From positions 2,080,001 to 2,144,000 of the forward strand of contig OY762654.1 of NCBI GenBank assembly GCA_963666205.1: 64,000 nt of DNA, written 5' to 3'. This document shows, one piece after another, positions 1-9,816 of the stretch (its first letter is position 1; each line of letters starts with the position of its first letter). A model generated the notes under the pieces. That model saw only the letters and a list, made by a program, of their open reading frames with translations, had not been told where the DNA came from and ran no database searches. The position numbers and the translations under genes were made by a program. This DNA is from Synergistales bacterium (GTDB taxonomy: Bacteria; Synergistota; Synergistia; Synergistales; JAFGMB01).

Positions 1-480
1 GGAAAAAGAGATCTCAAGGCTATCATCATAGTATTTGTAATGCTTGGAGTTATCAACTGTATAGGGGCCAGTTCCCTTCTGGGTCTCTATGCAGAAAGGC
101 ATACATCCAGATATGTTTCTGAATTCATTAATTCTCAAAAAAAACCGGGAGATCTGGTGGTACAGTTCAGAGGTTTTGATCAGGGACTTCCCTTTTATCT
201 GGAGCAGAGAGTAGTGCTTCTGTCTCATTCTGAAGATATGAAATTCGGGAATGAGCATGAGAAGGACAGATCCTTTTTCATAGATATGGAAGGTTTGAAA
301 GAACTATGGAATGGTGATAAACGGATTTTTATCGTGGCATATAACGGGGAGCTAAAGGAGCTGGCTCCGATCATTGATGGAGAAATGAAACCCCTGGCTG
401 TTTCAGGGCGGAAGAGTATCTTTTCTAACTGGCCAGCTGATGGAGAAGGAGCATTTCTCTCGAAAGGGGGGACTCCATGA
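1..480 (+). CDS. C-terminal part of ArnT-like (GT39/GT83) lipid-carrier-dependent glycosyltransferase, 5'-truncated by the window edge
   Basis: Frame is open from base 1. The FDQGLPFYL...FFID...ELW segment resembles the ArnT C-terminal domain. Followed by GT2 and GtrA genes. Confidence 0.7.
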   Translation, partial: GKRDLKAIIIVFVMLGVINCIGASSLLGLYAERHTSRYVSEFINSQKKPGDLVVQFRGFDQGLPFYLEQRVVLLSHSEDMKFGNEHEKDRSFFIDMEGLKELWNGDKRIFIVAYNGELKELAPIIDGEMKPLAVSGRKSIFSNWPADGEGAFLSKGGTP

Positions 481-1232
481 TTTATAAAGATTTCCCGGTA
501 TGGATAGTTGTTCCCTGTTATAACGAGGAAAAAAGACTGGAAAGAAGTGCTTTTGCTGAATACCTGTCCATCCATAACGATGTCGGTTTCTGTTTCGTCA
601 ATGATGGCAGCAAAGATGGAACAATTGAAGTTATAAGAAAGGTCAGGGAGGATTTTCCCTGCCAGGTCGTTATTCTGGATCTCAAAAACAATCGAGGAAA
701 GGCGGATGCAGTAAGATCAGGTGTTTTTTATGTATCTGAATTATCTTTTTCCCCTTATATAGGTTTCTGGGACGCAGATCTAGCCACACCCCTTGAAGAG
801 ATAGATGGTTTTCTCAAAATATTGAGATCCAACAAGGATCTGATCGTTGCAAGCGGATCCAGAATATCCCGCATGGGAGCATGTATTGAAAGGACCCCTT
901 TCAGATATATGGAAGGGAAACTATTTGCTGCTCTTTCATCTGCTGTGCTGGGCCTGAAATTCAGGGATACCCAGTGCGGTGCAAAATTATTTGAGAGAGA
1001 AATAGCTCTCAGGATCTTTACCGAACCCCTCATAAGCAGATGGTGTTTTGATGTTGAGCTTTTTGCCAGGATCCGGGATCTGGTGGGTCACGCAGAGGTG
1101 AAAAGGTTAGTATATGAAGTGCCTTTGCAGAAATGGAAAGAGGTCCCTGGTTCCAAGATGGATATTAAAGGCAGTATAGGGATGATCCTCGATCTTGGTA
1201 AGATCTTTCTTCATTACGGGAGTGCCCTGTAA
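477..1232 (+). CDS. Glycosyltransferase family 2 (polyprenyl-phosphate glycosyltransferase-like)
   Basis: VVPCYNEE, VNDGSKD, DADLAT, DTQCGAK, FDVE motifs. Confidence 0.9.
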   Translation: MIYKDFPVWIVVPCYNEEKRLERSAFAEYLSIHNDVGFCFVNDGSKDGTIEVIRKVREDFPCQVVILDLKNNRGKADAVRSGVFYVSELSFSPYIGFWDADLATPLEEIDGFLKILRSNKDLIVASGSRISRMGACIERTPFRYMEGKLFAALSSAVLGLKFRDTQCGAKLFEREIALRIFTEPLISRWCFDVELFARIRDLVGHAEVKRLVYEVPLQKWKEVPGSKMDIKGSIGMILDLGKIFLHYGSAL

Positions 1233-1648
1233 TGAGACAGTTCACTGGTGCCTTATCCGGTCTGTTTCGATTCGCTGATCTTACTTTTATAAGATATTGC
1301 ATTATAGGGGTGATAAATACCCTCTCATGTTTTTCGGTAATATTCATCATGATGTACATTGTTCATGTTCATTATCTGATATCCAATATAATAGGTTATG
1401 CCACGGGAATAATGGTTTCCTTCATTCTCAACAAGTATAAAAATTTCAGGAGCAGGGGTTCGGTTAAAACTGAATTGCCTGTCTTTCTTGTAGCCTTCGG
1501 ATGTTCCTATTCTGCCAATGTCCTTGTGCTGTGGTTTGCCGGAGAGATCCTCCATGCCGATAAATTTTTCAGCCAGCTGGCAGCGGGTACTATATATACA
1601 ATGATATTTTATCTCTTAATGAGATCTGTTGTATTTGCCAGACGGTAA
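1232..1648 (+). CDS. GtrA-family flippase-like membrane protein
   Basis: 138 aa with 4 TM segments, FIRYCIIG and SFILNK..F motifs; TAATG coupling to the GT2 gene. Confidence 0.85.
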   Translation: MRQFTGALSGLFRFADLTFIRYCIIGVINTLSCFSVIFIMMYIVHVHYLISNIIGYATGIMVSFILNKYKNFRSRGSVKTELPVFLVAFGCSYSANVLVLWFAGEILHADKFFSQLAAGTIYTMIFYLLMRSVVFARR

Positions 1649-1679
1649 TGTAAAGATTAATGTATGCCCTGAAGGAGAG

Positions 1680-2354
1680 GTGAAGATCATCCGTCTTTTA
1701 CTAGTTGAAGATGATCAGATGATCGGCGAGGAAATAAAGGAAGGTCTTACTCACAGGGGATTTACCCTGGACTGGGTGAGTACCCTTAGTTCAGGTGAAG
1801 AAGCTTTGAAGATCGATAATTTCGATCTACTGGTTCTTGATGTGGGATTGCCTGATGGTAGCGGTCTTGACCTTTTAAGATCACTCAGAACCAGGAATAA
1901 AGGGATCCCGGTCATTATCCTTACTGCATGGGATGCTGTATCTGACAGGATCAGTGGTCTGGATGCCGGATCTGACGATTACATGGTGAAACCCTTTGAC
2001 CTTGATGAACTGGCAGCACGGATCAGGGCTCTTCTGAGACGCTCTGCAGGCAGGATCAGTTCCCTCATTGAATATGGTCAGATATCTGTCGATCCTTCAA
2101 TTATGGAAGTGACCCTCCAGGGCCATCCAATCCACCTTTCACGCAACGAATATGCGCTTCTGGTAACATTCATTGAGAATCCCGGCAGGATCTACTCCAG
2201 AGTAGAGCTGGAAAAAATTCTCTACGGCTGGGAACAGGAGATAGAAAGCAATACGGTTCAGGTATTCATTCATAATCTCAGGAAAAAACTGGGCAAGGGG
2301 CTTATCCGTAATGTTCATGGCCTTGGCTATGTACTGGGTAAAACAGAATCATGA
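1680..2354 (+). CDS. OmpR-family response regulator (QseB/PmrA-like)
   Basis: LLVEDD, LDVGLPD, DDYMVKPF and a winged helix (NTVQVFIHNLRKK). GTG start at 1680 follows a purine-rich RBS. Confidence 0.9.
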   Translation: MKIIRLLLVEDDQMIGEEIKEGLTHRGFTLDWVSTLSSGEEALKIDNFDLLVLDVGLPDGSGLDLLRSLRTRNKGIPVIILTAWDAVSDRISGLDAGSDDYMVKPFDLDELAARIRALLRRSAGRISSLIEYGQISVDPSIMEVTLQGHPIHLSRNEYALLVTFIENPGRIYSRVELEKILYGWEQEIESNTVQVFIHNLRKKLGKGLIRNVHGLGYVLGKTES

Positions 2355-3685
2355 TATCTATAAGGAAAAAGCTTTTATTCGGTCTTTTTATAGGGGCCAT
2401 ACTCTGTATATCCGTAATCACGGTTATCCTGTTCCTTGAAATAAGAGAAGAGATTTATGAGATCATGGATTACCAGATGGAACAGATAGCCCTTGTGCAC
2501 CGCCTTCAGTCCTATCCCAGGGAAATAGATACGAGAAGCGGATTTGAAGAGGATAAGATCGATTCCCTGGTTCAGATATGGGATTCATCTTATGAACTTG
2601 TCTACACTAATGACCGATCTATGTCCATTCCTTTATCCGGGAGCAATGGTTTTTCTGTGGTGACCTGGGGAGGCCAGAAGTGGCGGGTCCTTCTTGAAGA
2701 GGGTCCCTTAAAGATCCAGGTAGCCCAGTCCATGAAGCTGAGGCAAAGGGTTATTTTCCTGATAGCTCTTAAATTTTCCCTTGTAATGTTATTGTTCCTG
2801 TTTCTCCTGGGGGGGTGGATAGTCTTTATCGTCAGAAATAGTTTTAAACCTTTGAGGGATGTCCGAAAACAGATCAGAGAACGAAAGGCCTCCCTGCTTG
2901 CACCCATACCGGATAAGGGCGTTCCCGAAGAAATCCTCCCCCTGGTCACAGAATTGAACTACCTTCTCTCCCGTCTTGACAGATCTCTGAAAAGCCAGAA
3001 ACAATTTCTTGCTGATGCTGCCCATGAGCTGAGAACTCCTCTAACCGCACTGGATCTGCAGATCCAGAATGCCCGCTATGCCATGGCAGGTGAAAATAAA
3101 GAGATCTTTATCCAGAAACTGAAAAGGGGAGTTGATAGGGCCAGTGCCATGATCAATCAGTTACTTACAATTTCGCGCATGGAATCGGGTTTCCTGAAAA
3201 ACGAGGTTTCAGATGTAGATCTGAAAAGGGTGGTCGCCAGGGTGTTCTCGGATCATTCAGCCATGGCAGCAGAGAAAGGAATAGTTCTGGAATCCGTGGT
3301 TCATGGTCAGGTCACGATGAGGGGGAATGCCGGAAGCCTGGAGGTAATGATCTCTTCTCTGGTAGATAATGCCATAAAATATTCACCGTCAGAAACTGAA
3401 GTTAAGGTGGATATTTTTCAGACAGAAGTAGAAACTGTTATTGCGGTTATGGACCAGGGACCCGGAATACCTGAGGGGGAACGGGAAAAGGTTTTCCAGC
3501 GTTTTTACAGATACCAGGGTCAAAGGGTACTTGGAAGCGGTCTGGGCTTGTCAATAGTTAAAGATATTGCCGATTTCCACAAGGGAAAGATATCCCTTGC
3601 GGAAGGTCCGGGTGGCAGGGGACTGGAAGTCTGTATAACCTTTCCCGCGTTATCAGGTGATGATCTCCCTGATCATCCAGAATAA
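2351..3685 (+). CDS. Sensor histidine kinase (QseC/PmrB-like)
   Basis: 2 TM segments, H-box DAAHELRTP, N-box NAIKY, DQGPG, GSGLGL. Confidence 0.92.
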   Translation: MISIRKKLLFGLFIGAILCISVITVILFLEIREEIYEIMDYQMEQIALVHRLQSYPREIDTRSGFEEDKIDSLVQIWDSSYELVYTNDRSMSIPLSGSNGFSVVTWGGQKWRVLLEEGPLKIQVAQSMKLRQRVIFLIALKFSLVMLLFLFLLGGWIVFIVRNSFKPLRDVRKQIRERKASLLAPIPDKGVPEEILPLVTELNYLLSRLDRSLKSQKQFLADAAHELRTPLTALDLQIQNARYAMAGENKEIFIQKLKRGVDRASAMINQLLTISRMESGFLKNEVSDVDLKRVVARVFSDHSAMAAEKGIVLESVVHGQVTMRGNAGSLEVMISSLVDNAIKYSPSETEVKVDIFQTEVETVIAVMDQGPGIPEGEREKVFQRFYRYQGQRVLGSGLGLSIVKDIADFHKGKISLAEGPGGRGLEVCITFPALSGDDLPDHPE

Positions 3686-3755
3686 AAAAACCTTTTACCC
3701 CTGTACCGATCTGTAAGAGGTATAAAAGTATTATGCCTATCTCCCATGAACAGAA

Positions 3756-3797
3756 AATAAGCAGGACCGTTGAATTCATGCCCCGGTCCTGCTTATT
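3756..3797. terminator. Hairpin terminator between convergent genes
   Basis: AATAAGCAGGACCG...CGGTCCTGCTTATT, 14-bp stem. Confidence 0.7.
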
Positions 3798-3817
3798 CTT
3801 TCCATGTTTGCTTCTTC

Positions 3818-3985
3818 TTAGACAACAGTTACTATGTCGAAGTCTTCCTTGCCCGAAAAACATAGAGGGCATTGCCATTTTCCCGGCAGATCTTCAAAGG
3901 AGGTTCCCGGTTTGATCCCGCTTTCAGGATCACCCACTTCGGGATCATAAACGTAACCGCAGGGAATGCATATATATTTGTCCAT
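3818..3985 (-). CDS. Rubredoxin (55 aa, absent from the ORF track)
   Basis: Hand translation gives [55 protein letters not shown], with CxxCG and CPxC. RBS AAGGAGGA at 3991-3998. Confidence 0.95.
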   Translation of the reverse strand: MDKYICIPCGYVYDPEVGDPESGIKPGTSFEDLPGKWQCPLCFSGKEDFDIVTVV

Positions 3986-4016
3986 GTTATTCCTCCTTAT
4001 CCGGATATCCGGAATT

Positions 4017-5681
4017 TTATTTCCCGGCCATCATGGCCTCGATATCAGATTTTACATCGCCTATGGGCTTGATGTCGAATTTTTCGACCAGAACCTTGAG
4101 GACATTAGGCGCTACAAAGGCAGGAAGGGTTGGGCCGAGCCTTATTCCCTGAACTCCAAGGAACAGAAGGGCGAGGAGAACTGCTACAGCTTTCTGTTCG
4201 TACCAGGCGATGTCATAGGATATAGGCAGTTCGTTGATATCATCCAGACCGAAGGCTTCCTTGAGCTTCAGAGCGATAACAGCGAGGGAGTAGGAGTCGT
4301 TGCACTGACCGGCATCGAGAACCCTGGGAATTCCACCGATATCTCCAAGATCCAGTTTGTTATAGCGGTATTTTGCGCACCCGGCAGTCAGGATAACCGT
4401 GTCCTTCGGCAGTGCCTCGGCCACTTCTGTGTAGTAATCCCTGTCCCTGAATCGGCCGTCGCATCCGGCCATAACCACAAAACGTTTTATAGCCCCGGAC
4501 TTTACCGCTTCTACAACCTTGTCAGCAAGGGCGAGGACCTGGTTGTGGGCGAAGCCGCCTACAAGGGTTCCATTTTCAAGTTCCTTCGGAGAATCACATT
4601 TTTTCGCAAGCTTGATGATCTGGGAGAAATCCTTGGTACCTCCTTCCTCCCTTTCAGGAATATGTATGGCTCCAGGATAGCCCGCGGTATTTGTGGTGAA
4701 AAGCTTATCCAGGTATGTGTTGTTATTCTTCAGCGGAACGATACAGTTGGTGGTCATGAGGATGGGGCCGTTGAAGGACTGGAACTCCTCGTTCTGGTGC
4801 CACCAGGAACCGCCATAGTTTCCGACAAAATGGTCATACTTCTTGAAAGCAGGATAGTAATTGGCAGGAAGCATCTCGCCATGAGTATAGACGTCTACAC
4901 CTGTACCCTCGGTCTGTTTTAGAAGTTCCTCCATATCCTTGAGATCGTGTCCGCTGATGAGGATCCCCGGGTTGTTCCGTACTCCCAGATAGACCTCGGT
5001 TATCTCAGGGTTCCCGTAGGTACTGGTATTGGCCTTGTCCAGAAGGGCCATGGTCTGCACGGCCATTTCCCCGGCCTTCATGACCAGTTCCACCATCTTA
5101 TCCACCGGCAGGTCCTCTGTTGTCGAAGCAAGTGCCTTTGAAGCGAAATCGTAGATGCCGTCATCCTCGAAACCAAGGATGGCCGCGTGGTCAGCATAGG
5201 CACAGATACCCTTGAGGCCTATCACCAGGAGTTCCCGAAGGGAGCGCACGTCCTCGTTCAGAGTGGACAGGACGCCCACTTCCTTTGCCTTCTCGGCAAA
5301 TACCTGGGGGTCATCGGAATACCACGTTGCGGATTCATGAAGATCTTCATTCAATTCTGTACCGTGTTTCTCCTTCCACGCCGAAAGGACCTTGTCCTTG
5401 AGCTGGTTTCTCTTTTTTAGGCTGTCTCTGATAAAAACAACGAATCGGTCATCGTCAAAATTGGCATTTGTGATGGTGGCAAAAAGGCCCTCGGAAATGA
5501 AACGTCCGGTGCTCTTATCCTGTACACCAAGTTCCCGGGCTTTCTGATCCCATATGGAAAGACCCTTTAAGGTGAAGACAAGAAGATCCTGCAGATTCGC
5601 GGTGCTTTCCAGCTTTCCACAAACCCCTCTCATGGTGCATCCTTTGTTGCCTGCTGTTTCCTGGCACTGAAAACAATACAT
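4017..5681 (-). CDS. hcp: Hybrid cluster protein (hydroxylamine/NO reductase)
   Basis: [10 protein letters not shown]...[41 protein letters not shown]. Confidence 0.97.
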   Translation of the reverse strand: MYCFQCQETAGNKGCTMRGVCGKLESTANLQDLLVFTLKGLSIWDQKARELGVQDKSTGRFISEGLFATITNANFDDDRFVVFIRDSLKKRNQLKDKVLSAWKEKHGTELNEDLHESATWYSDDPQVFAEKAKEVGVLSTLNEDVRSLRELLVIGLKGICAYADHAAILGFEDDGIYDFASKALASTTEDLPVDKMVELVMKAGEMAVQTMALLDKANTSTYGNPEITEVYLGVRNNPGILISGHDLKDMEELLKQTEGTGVDVYTHGEMLPANYYPAFKKYDHFVGNYGGSWWHQNEEFQSFNGPILMTTNCIVPLKNNNTYLDKLFTTNTAGYPGAIHIPEREEGGTKDFSQIIKLAKKCDSPKELENGTLVGGFAHNQVLALADKVVEAVKSGAIKRFVVMAGCDGRFRDRDYYTEVAEALPKDTVILTAGCAKYRYNKLDLGDIGGIPRVLDAGQCNDSYSLAVIALKLKEAFGLDDINELPISYDIAWYEQKAVAVLLALLFLGVQGIRLGPTLPAFVAPNVLKVLVEKFDIKPIGDVKSDIEAMMAGK

Positions 5682-5683
5682 CT

Positions 5684-6400
5684 CTATACCTCCTTTTGAA
5701 ATTTACTGGCTATTACCCCGGTAGCCGGGTTGTTTTCCCCGTAGGTTTCCATCAGTCTGTTCAATATTTCTTCTCTGTCTTTCCCCCGCTCTTCCATTTC
5801 CTTCACCATCTGGTAAGCAGCGAATAAAGGGGAAGGCCCTATTTCGGAGGAAAAGGTTCCAATTCCTCCATTCCATGCAAAAAGGGAGAAAAGCTCATCC
5901 ATCTCGGCAACGGTAAGGCCTGAAGAATAGGCTTTGACCAGTTCACGAGTGGCCTGGCGGATGCGTCCCGCACCAACAGCGTTTGAGAGGGAGAGTAGAA
6001 GCTTGGTCTTGAGATCTATGGCGGGGGCATCTTTCCCCCAGGTGAGTTCCCAGAAGTTAACGGCGATTTCTGCAAGGGTATTATCTATTCTTTTATAGTT
6101 TACTATAGCAGTAGGCTTAAGGGGAAGGTCCCCTGTTTTTTCATAGGTACTTTCCTTGATTGTCTTTCTATAGAAGCAGGCCCGGTATTCCCCTTCAGGG
6201 CCTTTTTCAGTGAAATGTTCAAAACCGAGTTCCTTCATAGCTGAGTAAAGAGGAATGGGTTCAAAACTCTGAACAATGCATAAACCGCTGCCCATATCCA
6301 TCTGTCTTGCCTTATTCAACAGCCCGGGAAGAAAATTGCCCTTTCCTTTCCTGACGTCAATTACTTCAAACTGATCTACCTGGTCTTTCCATTCTTTCAT
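5684..6400 (-). CDS. DUF2249-like domain fused to a carboxymuconolactone-decarboxylase/AhpD-like domain
   Basis: N-terminal IDVR...FEPIPLY (DUF2249-like). C-terminal helical [12 protein letters not shown]...GLTVAEMDE (CMD-like). First gene of the hcp operon. Confidence 0.6.
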   Translation of the reverse strand: MKEWKDQVDQFEVIDVRKGKGNFLPGLLNKARQMDMGSGLCIVQSFEPIPLYSAMKELGFEHFTEKGPEGEYRACFYRKTIKESTYEKTGDLPLKPTAIVNYKRIDNTLAEIAVNFWELTWGKDAPAIDLKTKLLLSLSNAVGAGRIRQATRELVKAYSSGLTVAEMDELFSLFAWNGGIGTFSSEIGPSPLFAAYQMVKEMEERGKDREEILNRLMETYGENNPATGVIASKFQKEV

Positions 6401-6481
6401 CAGTTAAGCCTCCTTCAGGGAACAGAAATAACTTGCTTTTCCTGTTTCATGAATATATTGTCAGATTACTGGCATGCTTTC

Positions 6482-6497
6482 CTTGACCTATGTCAAG
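6482..6497. promoter_or_regulatory. Crp/Fnr (HcpR-type) operator
   Basis: Perfect CTTGAC-N4-GTCAAG between the divergent hcp operon and the Crp/Fnr gene. Confidence 0.75.
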
Positions 6498-6531
6498 AAT
6501 GAAGGGATACTTTTTCAATTGGAGGAATAAT

Positions 6532-7227
6532 ATGGATGAAATAATGGATTTTATTTCACAGATATCATTTTTTGAGGGGCTTCTTGTTGAGGAAATAGAA
6601 GAGGTCGCTTCCATAGCACGAAAAAAGAGCTTCTCCAGGGGAGAGACCCTTTTTCTACAGGGTGATGAAGGGAGCGGATTCTTTGTTGTTGTAACTGGAA
6701 GGGTCAAGATATACAAGGAGTCTCCCGAAGGCAAGGAAGCTATAATTCACATCTGCGGTCCCATGGACCAGTTCGGTCAGGTTGCTGTTTATGCAGGAAG
6801 AACATTTCCCGCCAGTGCTCAGGCAATAGCTGATTCGACCCTCCTGTTTTTTCCCCGGTCCGAATTCAGGGACCTGATCCGAAGGAAACCGGATCTTGCC
6901 CTTTCAATGCTCTCTTCTCTTTCGATAAGGATACGACAGGTGACATCCCAGCTGGAAAGCCTTGCCCTTAAAGAGGTGCCAGGGAGGCTGGCTGCCTACC
7001 TCGTATATCTGCAGGAGCAGCAGGGAGGGGAGAACGCAGTTTTACTTAAAATTTCCAGGGGAGAATTGGCAAGTCTCCTTGGAACGACACCTGAAACTCT
7101 TTCCCGTATAATGGCAAGGCTGGAGGAGGAGGGGTTTATCAGGGTCGAAAAACGTACCATCGCCATACTGGACGCAGATGCCCTGGAGCAGCTTGCCTCC
7201 CGGGGACGGATGCAGCGGGGCCTTTGA
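6532..7227 (+). CDS. Crp/Fnr-family regulator (HcpR/Dnr-like)
   Basis: cNMP-binding domain plus HTH GTTPETLSR. No N-terminal FNR cysteines. ATG at 6532 follows GGAGG. Confidence 0.9.
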   Translation: MDEIMDFISQISFFEGLLVEEIEEVASIARKKSFSRGETLFLQGDEGSGFFVVVTGRVKIYKESPEGKEAIIHICGPMDQFGQVAVYAGRTFPASAQAIADSTLLFFPRSEFRDLIRRKPDLALSMLSSLSIRIRQVTSQLESLALKEVPGRLAAYLVYLQEQQGGENAVLLKISRGELASLLGTTPETLSRIMARLEEEGFIRVEKRTIAILDADALEQLASRGRMQRGL

Positions 7228-7382
7228 TCCCCATATCTGCTGGAAACGCACTGTTAAAGAAAAATGATTAAACCTTATTGTCCTGGCATTAATATTGAAA
7301 ATATGGTGACAATAGAAATAAAATAGAAATAATATAAGGAAACTTTTGTATTCCTGATCTTGATAACAGGGGGATTCTTTCG

Positions 7383-8906
7383 ATGATCTCAAAGAGTGGG
7401 TTGGGCTTCGATAACGAGAAGTACCTTGAAGAACAGACAGCGGCAATATATGAAAGAGTCAGAAAGTACGATAACAAACTTTACATTGAATTCGGCGGCA
7501 AACTGATTTTCGACTACCATGCCGCAAGGGTACTTCCAGGTTACGACCCTTCTGTAAAAATGCGGCTCCTCCAGGAGTTCAAAGATCAGGTGGAAGTAAT
7601 AATATGTGTTTATGCCGGAGATATCGAGAGTCGTAAAATGCGGGCCGACTTCGGTATAACCTATGATGCAGAGGTCCTTAAGCTCATCGACGATCTTACT
7701 GAAAGAGATATAAAGACGGCCGGTGTTGTGATCACACGTTTTGACAGTCAGCCTTCCGCGGTCCAGTTCAAGAACAGGCTTAAACGAAGGGGTATAGTGG
7801 TCTATACACACCGGGCATCCAAGGGCTATCCCATGGATGTAGATACCATAGTAAGTAAATCAGGATATGGAGCCAATGCCTATATAGAAACCGAAAGACC
7901 CATCGTAGTCGTTACCGGCCCAGGGCCGGGAAGCGGCAAACTGGCTACCTGCCTTTCCCAGCTTTACCATGACCACCAGCAGGGGATAAGATCCGGTTAT
8001 TCCAAGTTCGAGACTTTCCCGGTATGGAACCTCCCCCTGAAGCATCCAGTAAATGTAGCATACGAGGCAGCAACTTCAGACCTTGGAGATGTGAACCTTA
8101 TCGATCATTTCCATCTTGAGGCATACGATGAAAAAACAGTGAATTATAACAGGGATATTGAAGCCTTTCCCCTTTTGAGCCGGATACTCGCCAGAATAAC
8201 CAATGAACCCTCCATGTACCGTTCTCCCACCGATATGGGCGTGAATAGAGTCGGTTTCGGGATCATAGATGATGAAGCAGTGAGGGAGGCGTCCATCGAT
8301 GAGATCATCCGAAGGTTCTTCCGGTATTCCTGTGACTATGCCATGGGTAATGCTGAGAGGGAGACAGTTGAAAGAGTCGAACTCCTTATGGATGAACTGG
8401 GCATAAAACCGGAAGACCGGGCTGTGGTCAATTTTGCGAGGAAAGCATCACTGGAAGCAGACAAAAAGGGCAAGGGCGTGGATGGAGCTTTCTGTGGAGC
8501 TGCCATTGAACTGAAAGATGGGACCATAGTGACGGGAAAGAATTTCCCCCTCCTGCATTCATCCTCCAGTGTGGTTCTGAACGCAGCCAAAGTGCTTGCC
8601 GGAATACCGGACCAGATAGACCTTCTCCCGCCCAACGTTATCCAGTCTCTGGGATATCTTAAAAAGGATGTTCTTAACGGAAAAAAGATAGGGTTGGACC
8701 TCGAGGAAACCCTCATTACCCTTGCTATAAGTTCCGCAAGTAACCCTGCCGCTGCAGCTGCCATGGAGAAACTGAAGGATCTGCAGGGATGTGAAGCCCA
8801 TCTTTCCCATATTCCGACGCCTGGAGATGAGGCAGGTTTTCGGAAGCTTGGAGTAAACCTGACAAGCGATCCCCTTTTCTCTTCCAAGTGCCTTTTCGAG
8901 GATTGA
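7383..8906 (+). CDS. DUF1846 family protein
   Basis: KLYIEFGGKL.FDYHAARVLPG, GPGSGK, KFETFPVWNL, SPTDMGVN. Confidence 0.88.
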   Translation: MISKSGLGFDNEKYLEEQTAAIYERVRKYDNKLYIEFGGKLIFDYHAARVLPGYDPSVKMRLLQEFKDQVEVIICVYAGDIESRKMRADFGITYDAEVLKLIDDLTERDIKTAGVVITRFDSQPSAVQFKNRLKRRGIVVYTHRASKGYPMDVDTIVSKSGYGANAYIETERPIVVVTGPGPGSGKLATCLSQLYHDHQQGIRSGYSKFETFPVWNLPLKHPVNVAYEAATSDLGDVNLIDHFHLEAYDEKTVNYNRDIEAFPLLSRILARITNEPSMYRSPTDMGVNRVGFGIIDDEAVREASIDEIIRRFFRYSCDYAMGNAERETVERVELLMDELGIKPEDRAVVNFARKASLEADKKGKGVDGAFCGAAIELKDGTIVTGKNFPLLHSSSSVVLNAAKVLAGIPDQIDLLPPNVIQSLGYLKKDVLNGKKIGLDLEETLITLAISSASNPAAAAAMEKLKDLQGCEAHLSHIPTPGDEAGFRKLGVNLTSDPLFSSKCLFED

Positions 8907-8933
8907 TCTGATTTTTCGAATTACCATGTAAAG

Positions 8934-8965
8934 ACAGCCTGGTCCCTTATTCGGGACCAGGCTGT
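8934..8965. terminator. Hairpin terminator between convergent genes
   Basis: ACAGCCTGGTCCC-TTATTC-GGGACCAGGCTGT. Confidence 0.75.
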
Positions 8966-8994
8966 TAAATCGAAGGAAGATCCTGTGCTGCCTG

Positions 8995-9684
8995 TTATTG
9001 CAGCGCAAGTTCAACCGCCCTCCGGGCATGTATCTTTCCAGTATCAAAAACGGGAATATCAGAGTCTCCATCTTTGACCACCAGGGGAAGTTCCGTGCAT
9101 CCGAGAATAACCCCTTCGGCACCCTCAACTGCCAGAGTGGCGATTATTTCCTTAAATCGCTGTACAGAGTCCTCCATGATCTTTCCATAGGAAAGTTCCT
9201 CTGCGATAACCCCCTGAATAAAGTTACGATCTTCTCTTGAAGGAATAATCACTTCAAGTCCCTTTTCCACAAGCGGTTTTTTATAGAACTCCTGTTCCAT
9301 AACGAAGGATGATCCGAGCAGGGCAACCTTTCCCAGATTTTTCTCCAGAATATGATCGGCTGCTGCGTCCGCAATGTGAAGGAGAGGTACCCCTATTCCT
9401 CCCTGCACCTGGTCTGCAACTCTGTGCATGGCGTTGCAGCAGATAAGAATTATATCTGCCCCTGAAGTCTCCAGCTTTTGCGCATTTTCTGCCATTCGAA
9501 GTGCCAGTTCATCCCAGCAGTCAGAGTAGAGCAGCCTGTCAATCTCGGAAAAATTCTCGGAATATATAAGACACCTTGCAGAACTCAGGCCTCCAAGTTT
9601 TTCATTGATCCCGACATTGATCTCCCTGTAATACTCCAGAGTTGCTCCCCATGTCATTCCGCCGACAAGGCCTATTGTCTTCAT
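8995..9684 (-). CDS. Aspartate/glutamate racemase family protein
   Basis: MKTIGLVGGM, CCNAMH, LGCTEL. Start at 9684 follows GGAGGT. Confidence 0.9.
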   Translation of the reverse strand: MKTIGLVGGMTWGATLEYYREINVGINEKLGGLSSARCLIYSENFSEIDRLLYSDCWDELALRMAENAQKLETSGADIILICCNAMHRVADQVQGGIGVPLLHIADAAADHILEKNLGKVALLGSSFVMEQEFYKKPLVEKGLEVIIPSREDRNFIQGVIAEELSYGKIMEDSVQRFKEIIATLAVEGAEGVILGCTELPLVVKDGDSDIPVFDTGKIHARRAVELALQ

Positions 9685-9816
9685 GCTCCGATACCTCCCA
9701 TGGATCCTGCCTGACCCTGGCCATAATAGCAGAATATCAGAAAGGATAAAACATTCAGAAATATAGCTGCTATCTGGTAAAATGAACGGCATGTTACTGA
9801 TAAAGAACTTTTTGAA

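Noticed and set aside
3966-4922. 318-aa plus-strand ORF
   Set aside because: Antisense shadow of hcp with no recognisable motifs.
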